From the UHGV virus genome UHGV-1361780: DNA of 39,598 nucleotides; one strand, written 5' to 3'. This DNA is from a virus. Of the stretch, positions 1-9,436 are shown one piece after another (position 1 is the first letter of the stretch; every line of letters starts with the position of its first letter). Position numbers and translations under genes: made by a program. The notes below the pieces were generated by a model. The model was given only the letters and a program-made list of their open reading frames with translations, searched no databases and had not been told where the DNA came from.

Positions 1-2019
1 TTCTTGCTGGCTTCGATTGGTGTATTCCTGATTTTGAGAGGCCTGTTTCTGTGATTGAATTGCCTGTTCCTGTGGTTGAGTCGGTTGTCCCTGGGCCTGA
101 AGTGTCTGTTCGTCCTGGCCTTTTTGTTCTTCTGCCATTCGGTTTTGCCATTCCCATAAACGCATGTCATACTCTGCTTTATCGCGATTGTTAACAAATT
201 TGCCCTGCCTCTGCATAGCGGCATACTCTTCTGCCATACGCTGTAAACCCTGGGCCTCTTTCGCATCCGCCGGATTGGTGTAGTGGGTTTGGTCTGTATC
301 TATCCCTTCAGAATAATCCCTATAGTCAACATCCAGATTTTTCCCATAGTTGTTGATTGCAACATTGTTCGCTATGGTAGCTGGTGCGTTCATGATTCCA
401 GCTGTTGCCGCACCTAAGAGAAAATCTTCCCACGTCTGCGGATCTGTGAGATCTCCTGTAAGATCCAGCTCATCCCCGTAGATGAAATGTTTACGGATAG
501 ATTCTGTGAGGTCCTGTACAGCTTCCTGGGTGCCTTCTGAAAGCATATCTGAACCGTAGTTTATCACGCCTAATACAGCACGTCTTACTGCCGGGTTCTT
601 TGCTAAGGCCGATGTGATCCCTTGCTTTGCTGCTTGTGCTACCTTGGTGTTTCCAAGTGTTTTTTTGATAAATCCGCCGCCGTACTGTGAGATTCCGCCG
701 AGCAAAAGATTTGTAACTGTTTCATCTGCTGCGGTAAGAACTGCGTTGACCTGGGCGCCCTCTACCGGTCTGCCGTCCATGATGTCCTGCCGGTAACTTT
801 GTCCGCCTGTTTGCGCCGCAAATATTGCACTGGATACCGCTGGACCACCCGCCCCGCCTACAATGATACTGGGGATCATGTTTCCGATTGCATTGGCCAT
901 CTTATATGTAAACCCGTCAATTGTCCCGGCATTTTCAAGCATTTTGGTCTGGGATAACTCTGATTCTGTAGGCATTGCGTTTTTGCGTGTCCCCATAGCA
1001 AAATCGGGAATTGATTTAATGCCTTCTACTGCATTCTGCATACCTGCACCAATCGACTGGGTTGTATTTACTATGGTTTTAATCGGTCCCTTGTACTGAT
1101 TGTTGTGTTCGTAGTTTGCCTCTGCACCCCTCTGGTTTAATTCTCCCTGTATGGAATCCAGGTATTTTTCTGCCGTGTCTTTACCTTGGCGTTCAAAAAG
1201 ATAGTCGTAAATATCGCGTTCTGAATCATTTAATAGAGCATATCTTCTTAATGGACTCTTAGCGTTATCCTGGCCGCTTGTTATATCCAGAACAGAGCTT
1301 TTACCAAATACATTCTTTCCATCTCCGAATGTATTGACATAACTTTCAACCGGGTTGCTTTCTTTTCCTCCTAATGTCAGTTTTTTGCCACCAATCGTTA
1401 GACCCTTATCCCCGAATGGCAGCTTTTTGTTATTGTACATAAAAGCATACTGATCATTCGCTTTTGCGGCATTCTCTTTTGCCTTTTTAACAGTATCCGC
1501 AAAATCTTTCTGTTGAGGAATGTCAGTATACTGAATGAATGTATCTCCGTCTTGAAATCCGACCTTATCCTTAGCTTCCTGCTGCTCTTTTTCTATCCTT
1601 TTTCTTTTGCGGTATTCCTGTAAAAGGTCGTTTTCGTACTGTGCTTCATTTAACATCCACTTTTGCTGCTTTATTTGGTTGTACTGTTTTACCGCATCAG
1701 CCATGGGGATAGAACTCTCAGCGACTTTTTCCCTGTCGCTCCGGATAAAATCTGTCATGGCTGTTGTATGCTGACTGGTTGAACTCTTGCGCAACCAGTC
1801 CTGTCTTTCTTGTCTTTTCTGCTCGTTTTGTAATTCAACAAGTTTCTCTTTATCTTTTTTAGCCTGCAGCAAGCTTCTCAAATCGCTTTTTCTTGTTTTT
1901 TGAGATTCTTCAAATGATGGTATGCCGCTTACCGTGCTATTCGATTCACTTTCATAAGTATCATCGTTGTTCTCTAAAACTTTTTTCTTTTTTAATATGC
2001 TAGATAATGAAGTCCCCAA
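1..2019 (-). CDS. Partial (3'-truncated by window edge) large virion structural protein, tape-measure-like. Longer than 670 aa, with a Gly/Ala-rich hydrophobic central segment (IVGGAGGPAVSSAIFAAQTGG...GGISQYGGGF) and a charged, Q-rich coiled-coil tail.
   Basis: Continuous minus-strand reading frame from a TTG at 2019 to position 1 with no stop, found by manual translation. A GGAGG RBS sits 5 nt upstream of the TTG. The frame is absent from the ORF track because it has no in-window stop. The start codon is uncertain. Confidence 0.5.
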   Translation of the reverse strand, partial: MGTSLSSILKKKKVLENNDDTYESESNSTVSGIPSFEESQKTRKSDLRSLLQAKKDKEKLVELQNEQKRQERQDWLRKSSTSQHTTAMTDFIRSDREKVAESSIPMADAVKQYNQIKQQKWMLNEAQYENDLLQEYRKRKRIEKEQQEAKDKVGFQDGDTFIQYTDIPQQKDFADTVKKAKENAAKANDQYAFMYNNKKLPFGDKGLTIGGKKLTLGGKESNPVESYVNTFGDGKNVFGKSSVLDITSGQDNAKSPLRRYALLNDSERDIYDYLFERQGKDTAEKYLDSIQGELNQRGAEANYEHNNQYKGPIKTIVNTTQSIGAGMQNAVEGIKSIPDFAMGTRKNAMPTESELSQTKMLENAGTIDGFTYKMANAIGNMIPSIIVGGAGGPAVSSAIFAAQTGGQSYRQDIMDGRPVEGAQVNAVLTAADETVTNLLLGGISQYGGGFIKKTLGNTKVAQAAKQGITSALAKNPAVRRAVLGVINYGSDMLSEGTQEAVQDLTESIRKHFIYGDELDLTGDLTDPQTWEDFLLGAATAGIMNAPATIANNVAINNYGKNLDVDYRDYSEGIDTDQTHYTNPADAKEAQGLQRMAEEYAAMQRQGKFVNNRDKAEYDMRLWEWQNRMAEEQKGQDEQTLQAQGQPTQPQEQAIQSQKQASQNQEYTNRSQQE

Positions 2020-2033
2020 AGTTGCCTCCTTGT

Positions 2034-3305
2034 TTACTTATCCGTGTCAGTTACCTGTTTCAGTATTCTTAAACCTTTATCGTAATCACCACCGGCCTGT
2101 GTGATTACTTTTTTAATCTGGCTATCAGTCAAGCTCGGGTACTGATCTGCAACATATTCAATTACCTGTGCTATGCTATAATTGGTGCGTCCATGTCCAT
2201 CCTTACTTTCAATCAATCTTTTCGCATCCTCAACATACTTTGCAAGATCCGAGCTAGTGCTACTAGACTTCTTGGAGGATCCCTTTGAAGATCTACCAGA
2301 CGAACCTCCGGATGCTTTTTTAGCCAGTGATGCCGCCAACTGCTGTCTCTGCAATTCCAGCTGTAATGCATCCTGCTGTTTCTGATAATCAAACTGGGTC
2401 TGCCAGTTCTGCTGTGCAAGTGCATCCTGGGTCTTCTGGTATGCGTACTGTTCCGCCCACTGCTGCGCAGAAAGGTCTGTCTGATATGCTCCAAAATCCT
2501 GGTTATATGAGCTATCATATCGTCCAGCGTAATAATTTAGATCATTGTAGTAATCATTTACACTATCTCTATACCTGCTATAATCAATGTTATCCTGGTT
2601 ATTTACTGCATTCAGACGGTTATACAGCTCCTGTCCTTCATTCAGATACTGCTGATATACACGGTCATATATGTCAAATGACTTATCGTTCAGCTGGCTC
2701 AGGTAATTGTCATACGCCTGCTGTCCTGCTGCCTGTGCATAAGTGGATCCGTAACCACCTGTAGCCGCTGTTGCTGCTCCCATGGTATCCCTCATGGCTT
2801 TCTGTCCCTGCTGGATATACTGTTCCCGGTAGTTTTTATACAGATCTGAATCATATACACTATTCGTGTCAAATGACTTCCTGTTTAATATATTATCAAT
2901 GATCCCATCAATTGTTCCTTGATACTTGCTATAGTATTCATCCGGCTTATTATTTTCAATTTCATCCAATCGATCAGCATAATCCGTTGTCCGTGCAGAT
3001 GGCGAAAACTTTGCATAGTTATAATCCGTCAAGTATGTAGCCGCCGGATGTCCCGGTCCGGTCTTGCCATCATCGCTCACCGGTGTAATTGTTACGTTCT
3101 GATTCTGGTTGTTGGCATTACTCTGCTGCCCCGCTGCCTGTGATTTCTGAGACTGCTGCTGCAATGACTTCAACAGTGACATATTCTGCTGTGCAGTTCC
3201 GCTGTATCCAGTAATTCCATACTGAGATGCAAGGTTTTTTCTGGCTCCGTAAGAGCTGTCCATGTTACGGCTTTTCAAATAATCAACAATAGATGCAACT
3301 GCCAT
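2034..3305 (-). CDS. Q/N/Y-rich low-complexity protein (423 aa). The N-terminus carries a possible CW_7/LysM-like peptidoglycan-binding motif (YGARKNLASQYGITGYSGTAQQN). The C-terminus is Ser/Lys-rich; the protein is probably virion-associated.
   Basis: ORF from the six-frame track. ATG at 3305; the next upstream gene ends 2 nt before it. The domain call is a weak motif resemblance only. Confidence 0.55.
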   Translation of the reverse strand: MAVASIVDYLKSRNMDSSYGARKNLASQYGITGYSGTAQQNMSLLKSLQQQSQKSQAAGQQSNANNQNQNVTITPVSDDGKTGPGHPAATYLTDYNYAKFSPSARTTDYADRLDEIENNKPDEYYSKYQGTIDGIIDNILNRKSFDTNSVYDSDLYKNYREQYIQQGQKAMRDTMGAATAATGGYGSTYAQAAGQQAYDNYLSQLNDKSFDIYDRVYQQYLNEGQELYNRLNAVNNQDNIDYSRYRDSVNDYYNDLNYYAGRYDSSYNQDFGAYQTDLSAQQWAEQYAYQKTQDALAQQNWQTQFDYQKQQDALQLELQRQQLAASLAKKASGGSSGRSSKGSSKKSSSTSSDLAKYVEDAKRLIESKDGHGRTNYSIAQVIEYVADQYPSLTDSQIKKVITQAGGDYDKGLRILKQVTDTDK

Positions 3306-3307
3306 AC

Positions 3308-3484
3308 TTATTCCCCTTTCTTATCTTCCGGCTGGTCCTTAGTCTCAGATTCCATTCTTTCTCCATTTTGGAGCATTCGATTGATTGTAAGCAGAATCCC
3401 TGCCTGTGTTACTCCCTCAACTTTTAACTGATTTAATGCGATCAGTGCTGTATTAATATCACTTTCTTCAAAAACAATCTTCAC
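3308..3484 (-). CDS. Small hypothetical protein (58 aa, GTG start): MKIVFEESDINTALIALNQLKVEGVTQAGILLTINRMLQNGERMESETKDQPEDKKGE.
   Basis: Found by manual translation; too short for the ORF track. The GTG start overlaps the TAG stop of the upstream fibre gene (TAGTG). A GGAGG RBS lies inside the upstream gene's last codons. The gene exactly fills the 178-bp gap between 3305 and 3484. Confidence 0.35.
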   Translation of the reverse strand: MKIVFEESDINTALIALNQLKVEGVTQAGILLTINRMLQNGERMESETKDQPEDKKGE

Positions 3485-4425
3485 TAAGCTGCCTCCTTAA
3501 TCTCTTTTAAAGCTTTTTCCAATTCTTTGATTTCCTTTTGCTGCGCCTTTATTGCTCCAGCAAATAATACGCTGTTGTTTCCATATGGAATTGATAAGTA
3601 TTCTTCGGAATGATCTACCAAAGGAAGATTTGTTCCAAGCTTTTTCTGAAGTGCATCCAGCTCCTGGGCAATTAATCCCATTGACCTTTGATCGGAATCT
3701 TTAAACTTAAAAGTAACCGGTCTCATTCCCAAGACTAAATTTAAGGCTATTTCATCCGGAATCTCTTTGATATTTTCCTTCAATCTCCTATCTGATCTTT
3801 CATACAGTGTTTCGCATGACACATCACCAGATACCGTTACTGTATTTGCAGTCAGCGTTCCACTGACATCCGCGTTCCCTGATATTCGCATATAATTTGT
3901 ATACAGAAGTCCCTGTGTAGTGATCGTGTCTGCATAGGTTATGGCATCTACACTCACTGCGCCTGAAGATGATACTTTAAACTTATCATTTATATTGATA
4001 GATCCACCATTGATCGTTCCACTAAATGAAGCCGTTCCATCTTTGTATAGCTTGAAGTTATTCGTATCAATAACTAGATATCCTGTCTTAAATGTAATAG
4101 CATCTGATGTTGCTGATATTTCTGAACACAGTTTATCTTTGCTCACTTTCAATGCAATCTGACCATTCAACACCCTGATGCTAGTTTCCGTGCTTTCTTT
4201 CAGATTGGTAAACTGGCTGATAAATCCATTCATAGTTACTTCCAATTGACTAATGGATTCATCTGTTTCCTGGTACTTAAGAAAAGAATCTTTTGCAAAA
4301 TTGTCTTCCGGAGTTATATTGCTCAAGCTATATCTAAGCTGTTCATTCAACATTTGGATATAGCTATAAACTTTTTTCATATTTTGATCTTGCCCACCTA
4401 ACGCAGGCATATTAAAGCTTGACAT
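3484..4425 (-). CDS. Tail fibre/spike protein (313 aa) with a C-terminal intramolecular chaperone (peptidase S74-type) autoproteolytic domain.
   Basis: The C-terminal signature YERSDRRLKENIKEI...RPVTFKFKD...GLIAQEL matches the SDxRLKxNI start of the endosialidase-chaperone (Peptidase_S74) domain. It is a paralog of the neighbouring 4412-5380 gene; both share ...FSG(T/N)I(N/T)GGSININ.... Confidence 0.75.
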   Translation of the reverse strand: MSSFNMPALGGQDQNMKKVYSYIQMLNEQLRYSLSNITPEDNFAKDSFLKYQETDESISQLEVTMNGFISQFTNLKESTETSIRVLNGQIALKVSKDKLCSEISATSDAITFKTGYLVIDTNNFKLYKDGTASFSGTINGGSININDKFKVSSSGAVSVDAITYADTITTQGLLYTNYMRISGNADVSGTLTANTVTVSGDVSCETLYERSDRRLKENIKEIPDEIALNLVLGMRPVTFKFKDSDQRSMGLIAQELDALQKKLGTNLPLVDHSEEYLSIPYGNNSVLFAGAIKAQQKEIKELEKALKEIKEAA

Positions 4426-5380
4426 CTCTCACCTTCTTGATCTGCTCTTTTAATTTGTTTATTCTTTTCTGATTCTCCTGTATTCCTTTTGCGTACAACG
4501 CACTATAAGCCACATACGGCAGTTCTAAATATTTACCCGACCGATTTACCCCTAAAGCATTTTTTCCGTTCTCCTGTGTCAGGTAGACGTCCTGTGCAAT
4601 ATATCCTATCGCCCTATTGCCTGAATCTCGAAAAGAATACGATACCGGTATCAGTCCAGCAAAATCCGCTTTCTCAATATCTTTAATACATTGTTTTTTC
4701 CTTTTGTCTGACGTGTACCGCACCTTCCGGCAGTTCAGATTTTCAGACACATAAAGTTCGCTGCATGTAGCTGCTTTCCCAATAACGTTGATGTAATCAT
4801 CATCATTGTAAATTTCCATATTAGCAGCCACGATAGCTTTCGCAGGATTTAAGGTAGTTGTAGTCAGAGCATCATCTATGTACACATCGCCGGAAGGAGA
4901 TACTGCAAAACGATTGTTGATGTTGATAGATCCACCCGTTATATTTCCAGAAAAATATGCATTTCCAGGCTTATCTAACTTCATATTTTGGGCATCGATA
5001 ATCAGGTGTCCGCTAGTTAGTCGGATATATTCTCCATACATCTCCATTCTGGTAAGCATTTCATGGACAACGTTCCCTGTTGCTACCAACAACTGAATAC
5101 TTTCCGAAGACTGGGATAACTTAGTCTGTACAGATGAAGCATAATCATCATATTCAATGTTCAGCGCATCCGTTGAAAACTGGATTTTTCTTACTTTGTT
5201 GTTTCTATCCGTAATAGAATTTAAAACATCATTTGAAATGTTATCTTCCAGGCTCAAATTTGAAATCGTATATTTGAGATCCTCACTAAACCGGTATAAC
5301 TGCCGTACAACTTTTCCTATGTCTGTTTCATTTTTCTGAATAATCATGGGTTTAAATACTGCCATGAATATCACTCCCAT
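4412..5380 (-). CDS. Tail fibre protein paralog (about 310-322 aa) with a degenerate C-terminal intramolecular chaperone domain.
   Basis: The C-terminus reads SDKRKKQCIKDIE...IPVSYSFRD...GYIAQDV, a diverged copy of the S74 chaperone motif. The central region is shared with the 3484-4425 paralog. The start is ambiguous: in-frame ATGs occur at 5380, 5365 and 5347, and the first two overlap the upstream gene. Confidence 0.65.
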   Translation of the reverse strand: MGVIFMAVFKPMIIQKNETDIGKVVRQLYRFSEDLKYTISNLSLEDNISNDVLNSITDRNNKVRKIQFSTDALNIEYDDYASSVQTKLSQSSESIQLLVATGNVVHEMLTRMEMYGEYIRLTSGHLIIDAQNMKLDKPGNAYFSGNITGGSININNRFAVSPSGDVYIDDALTTTTLNPAKAIVAANMEIYNDDDYINVIGKAATCSELYVSENLNCRKVRYTSDKRKKQCIKDIEKADFAGLIPVSYSFRDSGNRAIGYIAQDVYLTQENGKNALGVNRSGKYLELPYVAYSALYAKGIQENQKRINKLKEQIKKVRDVKL

Positions 5381-6920
5381 ATCCTATATATTTACTCATA
5401 GCAATCAAAACTGCCGGTCCTTTTCCTTCCAGACGGAACCGGTATCTCTGGCATCTGGCTGGGGTTATATTAAGCACCTGCGTTCTATATCCCTGAGAAG
5501 TAAAAGAAATTTTCTTTTCAAACTCTGGTTCACTGTCGCATTTTATAAATACGTCCACTTCACTTCCCGGATCCAGTTTCAAGTTAAAAAGCAGTCTTTT
5601 TAAGAACTTATACTCCACACTTTCATCCAACTGGTCTCCGCTCTCTAGCATCCACTCTATCTGCTCATCCCTTGAACCGCTGATTGTAAAAAGTTTTCCT
5701 GTGGAATCAACACAGTATAGCTGTCCTTCTCCGTATGCCATAAACAAAGCCTGCATATCATCTTCTTTGTGCCACATACCCTTTTTTAAATCATACACAT
5801 AGATATTCCACTGCCCTGATACATCCTGTAACGATGCATAGTATTTTCCGTTATGCTGACCAGCCACACCGCCCTGAAACCGTACCTCTGCCAGTGCATC
5901 CGATACAGATTCCGGATACGCTCCGTCAAAACTGCATACATTGCTCCTGGACACATACAATAATGTTTCATTTACAACACATGCTGTCTTCTCACACCCT
6001 TTTGCAACACCTCTGACCGGGAATGATGTATTGATCTGAAAATTACTTGGTTTATCTCCATAAACCTTATGGATCGTATCTTCCTTGAAAAACAGCACAT
6101 ATCCCATATGAGACAGGCAGCCTGTAAAATCTCCATCTGATCCAACTGTAGCCGCATACGAATCTGTACTGATCCCTTCAAACGCATTCCAGTTTGTTGG
6201 ATCTCCCAGCTTGCTTGCATATACCTCATGATTTGCGCTGGAGCAGCCCCACAAGCGGTTGCCATTCTCACAAATATAATCCATATCCGGTACTTTTCTG
6301 GTAAGCTTTAGCCCAGATTCCTGAGTAAAGCTGGATGATAGATCACCTATGATCACAATGTAGTCATCTGCTTTTTCCTGAATCACCGTAGTCTTGTTAA
6401 AGCTACTGTTTGTACAACCGGATATTTCCACACCGTCAAACTGATTAAATTGCTTTCCGATTCCGGTACAACTAATCTTTACCATGGTACTTCCGGTTGT
6501 CGTCTGTGCAAATGTTGCTGTTGCAGCCTGGCTCCAGGAAGCCTCTAATGCTGTCTTTTCTCCAGTGGATGTGTTATACATAATTTTATCCGGGAATACC
6601 ACAATATAGGCTCCCAAACTCACCAGCTGCTTATCTGTATCCTGGACTGTTGCAATTTCTTTATCTTTGTAATACAGCTTTGTCCCATCCACATAGGCCA
6701 AACCATTTTTATAAATGATCCCATGAGGTTTTGATAAACTTTTCAGGATTTCTCCTCTTGGCTTTCTGACCGCTATCGCCGGGAAAACATCTGAAGACAT
6801 GTTTTTCATGTCCGAAAACTCATTTTCTCCAATTACAAGACCTTTGTTCAGTCCCCCAAATGATCCTATCTGTTTGCTGTCCCCTCTCGGTGTCATTGTC
6901 AGCATTGGTAATCGTCCCAT
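5352..6920 (-). CDS. Large structural protein (522 aa), possibly a tail or receptor-binding component.
   Basis: Long ORF with a strong AAGGAGGAG RBS. It sits between the connector-like gene and the fibre genes. No specific motif was recognised; the call rests on position and size. Confidence 0.4.
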   Translation of the reverse strand: MGRLPMLTMTPRGDSKQIGSFGGLNKGLVIGENEFSDMKNMSSDVFPAIAVRKPRGEILKSLSKPHGIIYKNGLAYVDGTKLYYKDKEIATVQDTDKQLVSLGAYIVVFPDKIMYNTSTGEKTALEASWSQAATATFAQTTTGSTMVKISCTGIGKQFNQFDGVEISGCTNSSFNKTTVIQEKADDYIVIIGDLSSSFTQESGLKLTRKVPDMDYICENGNRLWGCSSANHEVYASKLGDPTNWNAFEGISTDSYAATVGSDGDFTGCLSHMGYVLFFKEDTIHKVYGDKPSNFQINTSFPVRGVAKGCEKTACVVNETLLYVSRSNVCSFDGAYPESVSDALAEVRFQGGVAGQHNGKYYASLQDVSGQWNIYVYDLKKGMWHKEDDMQALFMAYGEGQLYCVDSTGKLFTISGSRDEQIEWMLESGDQLDESVEYKFLKRLLFNLKLDPGSEVDVFIKCDSEPEFEKKISFTSQGYRTQVLNITPARCQRYRFRLEGKGPAVLIAMSKYIGYGSDIHGSI

Positions 6921-6932
6921 TAAAGCTCCTCC

Positions 6933-7304
6933 TTAAAATTTGGAAAATAACGGTGCTTTTTTTGCCCGATTGCAGCGCCTGAACCATGCAGCATATGCAT
7001 CATAAGCGGAGTTGTACATTACAACGTCATTGTTATAGCGTTCAGTTTCTTCATTGTGATAATCAATCTTTGAAAGCAGATAATTAACATAGACATCCTT
7101 GAACCGATCCGGAATACTTAATTTTTTATCCTGGTCTTTTTCATATTCCATTGGAATAAATTCCAGATTATATCCTTCCGCCCGGTTGATTACTTCTTCA
7201 ATGACCTGTCCCTCAATTTCATTGATCCATCCCATGATCATGTCTGTACCATACTGCTGCCCTCTTAAAGATGTGATATCACTAATCAAATCGTTTACTG
7301 TCAT
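6933..7304 (-). CDS. gp6-like head-tail connector/adaptor protein (123 aa), tentative.
   Basis: The N-terminus MTVNDLISDITSLRGQQYGTDMIMGWINEIEGQVIEEVINRAE resembles the phage gp6-like head-tail connector family. The call comes from pattern memory and was not verified. Confidence 0.35.
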   Translation of the reverse strand: MTVNDLISDITSLRGQQYGTDMIMGWINEIEGQVIEEVINRAEGYNLEFIPMEYEKDQDKKLSIPDRFKDVYVNYLLSKIDYHNEETERYNNDVVMYNSAYDAYAAWFRRCNRAKKAPLFSKF

Positions 7305-7312
7305 ATAAGCAC

Positions 7313-8056
7313 CTACTCTTTCAGTCCCGGCCAGGTAAGCGCTCCATCCTGGTCAGGGGTTAAAGTTACCGGGTCTGTAACCATAGCTCCATCTTCATTC
7401 AGCACGTACCATTTCCCATCAATAGTTTGCTGACCGGTCAGCATAGCTCCATCCGCGCCAAGGTAATACCATTTATCTTTGTATTTATACCAGGTATTCT
7501 TGACCATTCTTCCTGCACCATCAAACCAGTACCATTTATCATCGTACCAATACCAGTCATTTCTTACAGGCTCCCCGTTTCCGAGGTAATACTTCCAATC
7601 TCCATCCTCTTGCTGCCATCCTTTTTTCTTTTGTTCGCTTATTGGAGTTAAAAATAGCTTCTGTTCTGCCTGTCTTCTTCTGGTCAGGCCAGCCAAAATC
7701 TTACCACCACCGCGGTTATATGCCAGGATCTTTTCTGATATCTCAGCCCGCGATCTGGTTCCTTTTGCTGTCAACTGATCTATAGATCCTACATTGTATG
7801 CAAATGATACCAGGGCATCAAATTCATTTTGATTCCACATGTATTTCGTTCCATATTTGTCTACATTGCGCTCATATGGTCCCATATCATCCGTCAACAT
7901 CTTATCTGCCTCTGCCTGTGTAATCCTCTGACCTGCTTTTACATTTCCTGTGTGTCCCCAACCAATGGTCCATACTCCTGCCGGGCACTTATAAGCTTCT
8001 AATCTGCATCCTTCAAAGCTTCTTATCAGTTTCAAACCATTCTCTGAAATTTTCAT
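7313..8056 (-). CDS. Endolysin with an N-terminal GH24 (T4-lysozyme-like) muramidase and C-terminal aromatic-rich cell-wall-binding repeats (CW_binding_1 / choline-binding type).
   Basis: FEGCRLEAYKCPAGVWTIGWGHTG matches the T4 lysozyme catalytic region (Glu, Asp/Cys, TIGxGH). The C-terminus carries WYWYDDKWYWFDGAGRM / WYKYKDKWYYLGADGAM / GKWYVLNEDGAM repeats. An RBS of AGGAGG is present. Confidence 0.9.
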   Translation of the reverse strand: MKISENGLKLIRSFEGCRLEAYKCPAGVWTIGWGHTGNVKAGQRITQAEADKMLTDDMGPYERNVDKYGTKYMWNQNEFDALVSFAYNVGSIDQLTAKGTRSRAEISEKILAYNRGGGKILAGLTRRRQAEQKLFLTPISEQKKKGWQQEDGDWKYYLGNGEPVRNDWYWYDDKWYWFDGAGRMVKNTWYKYKDKWYYLGADGAMLTGQQTIDGKWYVLNEDGAMVTDPVTLTPDQDGALTWPGLKE

Positions 8057-8070
8057 GTGTACCTCCTATT

Positions 8071-8096
8071 AAAAAAGGCTTAGGATATCCTAAGCC
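8071..8096 (-). terminator. Perfect 20-bp palindromic hairpin (GGCTTAGGATATCCTAAGCC) followed by a U6 run on the minus strand, between the holin stop and the endolysin RBS.
   Basis: Seen directly in the sequence. The stem-loop plus T-run is a terminator-like or attenuator structure. Confidence 0.5.
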
Positions 8097-8106
8097 TAAA
8101 GATGTG

Positions 8107-8553
8107 TCACTCCAATTTTGTTTTGTCTTCGACCTGACCTTTAATTGCTTTTGCAAGCGGCATCAGGAACGGAGGCATAGCAACACCAATATCAAGTAAA
8201 TTCTCTAGGATGGATATGATCTCATTGCAAATAAGCCAAACAGCTACTACGGTAGCAATCACAAACGGTATTTTTATGTCCAACCCTATATATTGTCCTG
8301 CATATATGATCATCCTATCCATGAGCCATCCTACACCGATCAGGATCCACATTCCGATTTTTTTACAAATGCCTCGAATCCCCTTGTAGCTTGTCACATG
8401 TTCCTGACGATACTTCGATGCAACTATTCCGGTTATATAATCAGTAAAATTCAGTGCTACGAGAGCAAACACCGGTACTGCCAATACTCCAAGATAGGCA
8501 AATGCTGCACTCATTATAGTGATAAATATTGCTTTAAATCTTTCCAACTTCAT
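8107..8553 (-). CDS. Holin (148 aa, 3-4 predicted transmembrane helices, charged C-terminus).
   Basis: Hydrophobic segments IFITIMSAAFAYLGVLAVPVFALVAL, MWILIGVGWLM and IPFVIATVVAVWLI, with a KGQVEDKTKLE tail. The gene lies immediately upstream of the endolysin. Confidence 0.7.
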   Translation of the reverse strand: MKLERFKAIFITIMSAAFAYLGVLAVPVFALVALNFTDYITGIVASKYRQEHVTSYKGIRGICKKIGMWILIGVGWLMDRMIIYAGQYIGLDIKIPFVIATVVAVWLICNEIISILENLLDIGVAMPPFLMPLAKAIKGQVEDKTKLE

Positions 8554-8558
8554 TTACC

Positions 8559-8678
8559 TCACTCACTTTTCTCTGGATTTTCCTTTAACCACTTTTCTGT
8601 TACTTTTTTCCAGAGTTTTGGCACCTGCTCCAGTGTCATTTCTCCAGATCTGATTTTTAATCCATAATACCTGCCCAT
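8559..8678 (-). CDS. XkdX-like small protein (39 aa): MGRYYGLKIRSGEMTLEQVPKLWKKVTEKWLKENPEKSE.
   Basis: Found by manual translation. The start ATG overlaps the upstream stop (TAATG). An AGGAAGGAG RBS is present. Size and position, just before the holin, are typical of XkdX-family proteins in Firmicutes phages. Confidence 0.4.
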   Translation of the reverse strand: MGRYYGLKIRSGEMTLEQVPKLWKKVTEKWLKENPEKSE

Positions 8679-9082
8679 TATGATGTCACTCCTTCCTGGT
8701 CTGCCATAGCACTCATTACTGCTCCCATATCTCCAATAGCTCCGTCATGGACTGCTAATGTTTCGGTATTAGCGGAAACCTGTGCTTTCAGTTTTTCGAT
8801 ATCTGTCAGCTCACGAATACCAAATGTTGCCATGATCTTTCCATCTTCGGTTTTGTCCAAAGTAAACGCCGGTGACATCAGACACATATCTTTGTATGCA
8901 CCTACGGTCAAGCCTTCACCATTCAGGATCCGCACCTCAGACATGTTCTCATCTGTGCATCTCTTCCAAAACTGATCTACTGCTGTCATATCTTCGAATA
9001 CAGCTTTCATGTTTTCAAGACTGGCAGCTGCTTCCAGTTCAACAGCTGTTTCATTTTTTAAAACAATTTTGTCTTTGTTCAT
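8678..9082 (-). CDS. Hypothetical protein (134 aa).
   Basis: ORF from the track, tightly packed within the operon. No motif was recognised. Confidence 0.5.
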   Translation of the reverse strand: MNKDKIVLKNETAVELEAAASLENMKAVFEDMTAVDQFWKRCTDENMSEVRILNGEGLTVGAYKDMCLMSPAFTLDKTEDGKIMATFGIRELTDIEKLKAQVSANTETLAVHDGAIGDMGAVMSAMADQEGVTS

Positions 9083-9097
9083 TTTTTCTCCTTTAAC

Positions 9098-9421
9098 TTA
9101 CGCTTCGTAAATCACATCTAACCCATAAGCTACTGCTGCATCATGCTCAATCCGGCACCCTCTGGCATTTTCCCAACCCTTGCAGAAATAAGCTGCATGA
9201 CAAAGTGACATATTTTCCAGACTTTTAGCAAGAAAGCAAAGAGGAATCTGTACCACTCCACGTTCTTTCATCTTTTCATTGCTGTACCATTCATCAGTAA
9301 ACAAGGTGTTTACAATTTCATAGCCTTTGGCTTCCAGGGCCTTGATTGCCTGTTCCCTAGTTGCAATAATCTCTTCATCTGTTTTTCCAGCCATTGGCTG
9401 ACTAAGCATTGCTTTCTTCAT
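9098..9421 (-). CDS. DUF4406 protein (107 aa, nucleoside 2-deoxyribosyltransferase-like fold).
   Basis: The C-terminal AYFCKGWENARGCRIEHDAAVAYGLDVIY and the N-terminal MAGKTDEEI...KGYEIVN match the DUF4406 pattern (..PGWENSRGARLEH..LGLPI.). The call comes from memory of that family. Confidence 0.5.
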   Translation of the reverse strand: MKKAMLSQPMAGKTDEEIIATREQAIKALEAKGYEIVNTLFTDEWYSNEKMKERGVVQIPLCFLAKSLENMSLCHAAYFCKGWENARGCRIEHDAAVAYGLDVIYEA

Positions 9422-9436
9422 AATTTTTCTCTCTCC

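Noticed and set aside
614-1099. Plus-strand ORFs 614-796 and 863-1099.
   Set aside because: They lie antisense to the long continuous minus-strand structural ORF. They have no RBS and a biased, low-complexity translation.
2182-3143. Plus-strand and alternative-frame ORFs overlapping the 423-aa gene (2182-2385, 2213-2518, 2327-2764, 2919-3143).
   Set aside because: These are shadow ORFs within the Q/N/Y-rich low-complexity coding region. The minus-strand 2034-3305 frame has the start context and the operon fit.
7099-7651. Plus-strand ORFs 7099-7308 and 7427-7651.
   Set aside because: They lie antisense to the connector-like and endolysin genes. No translation signals were found.
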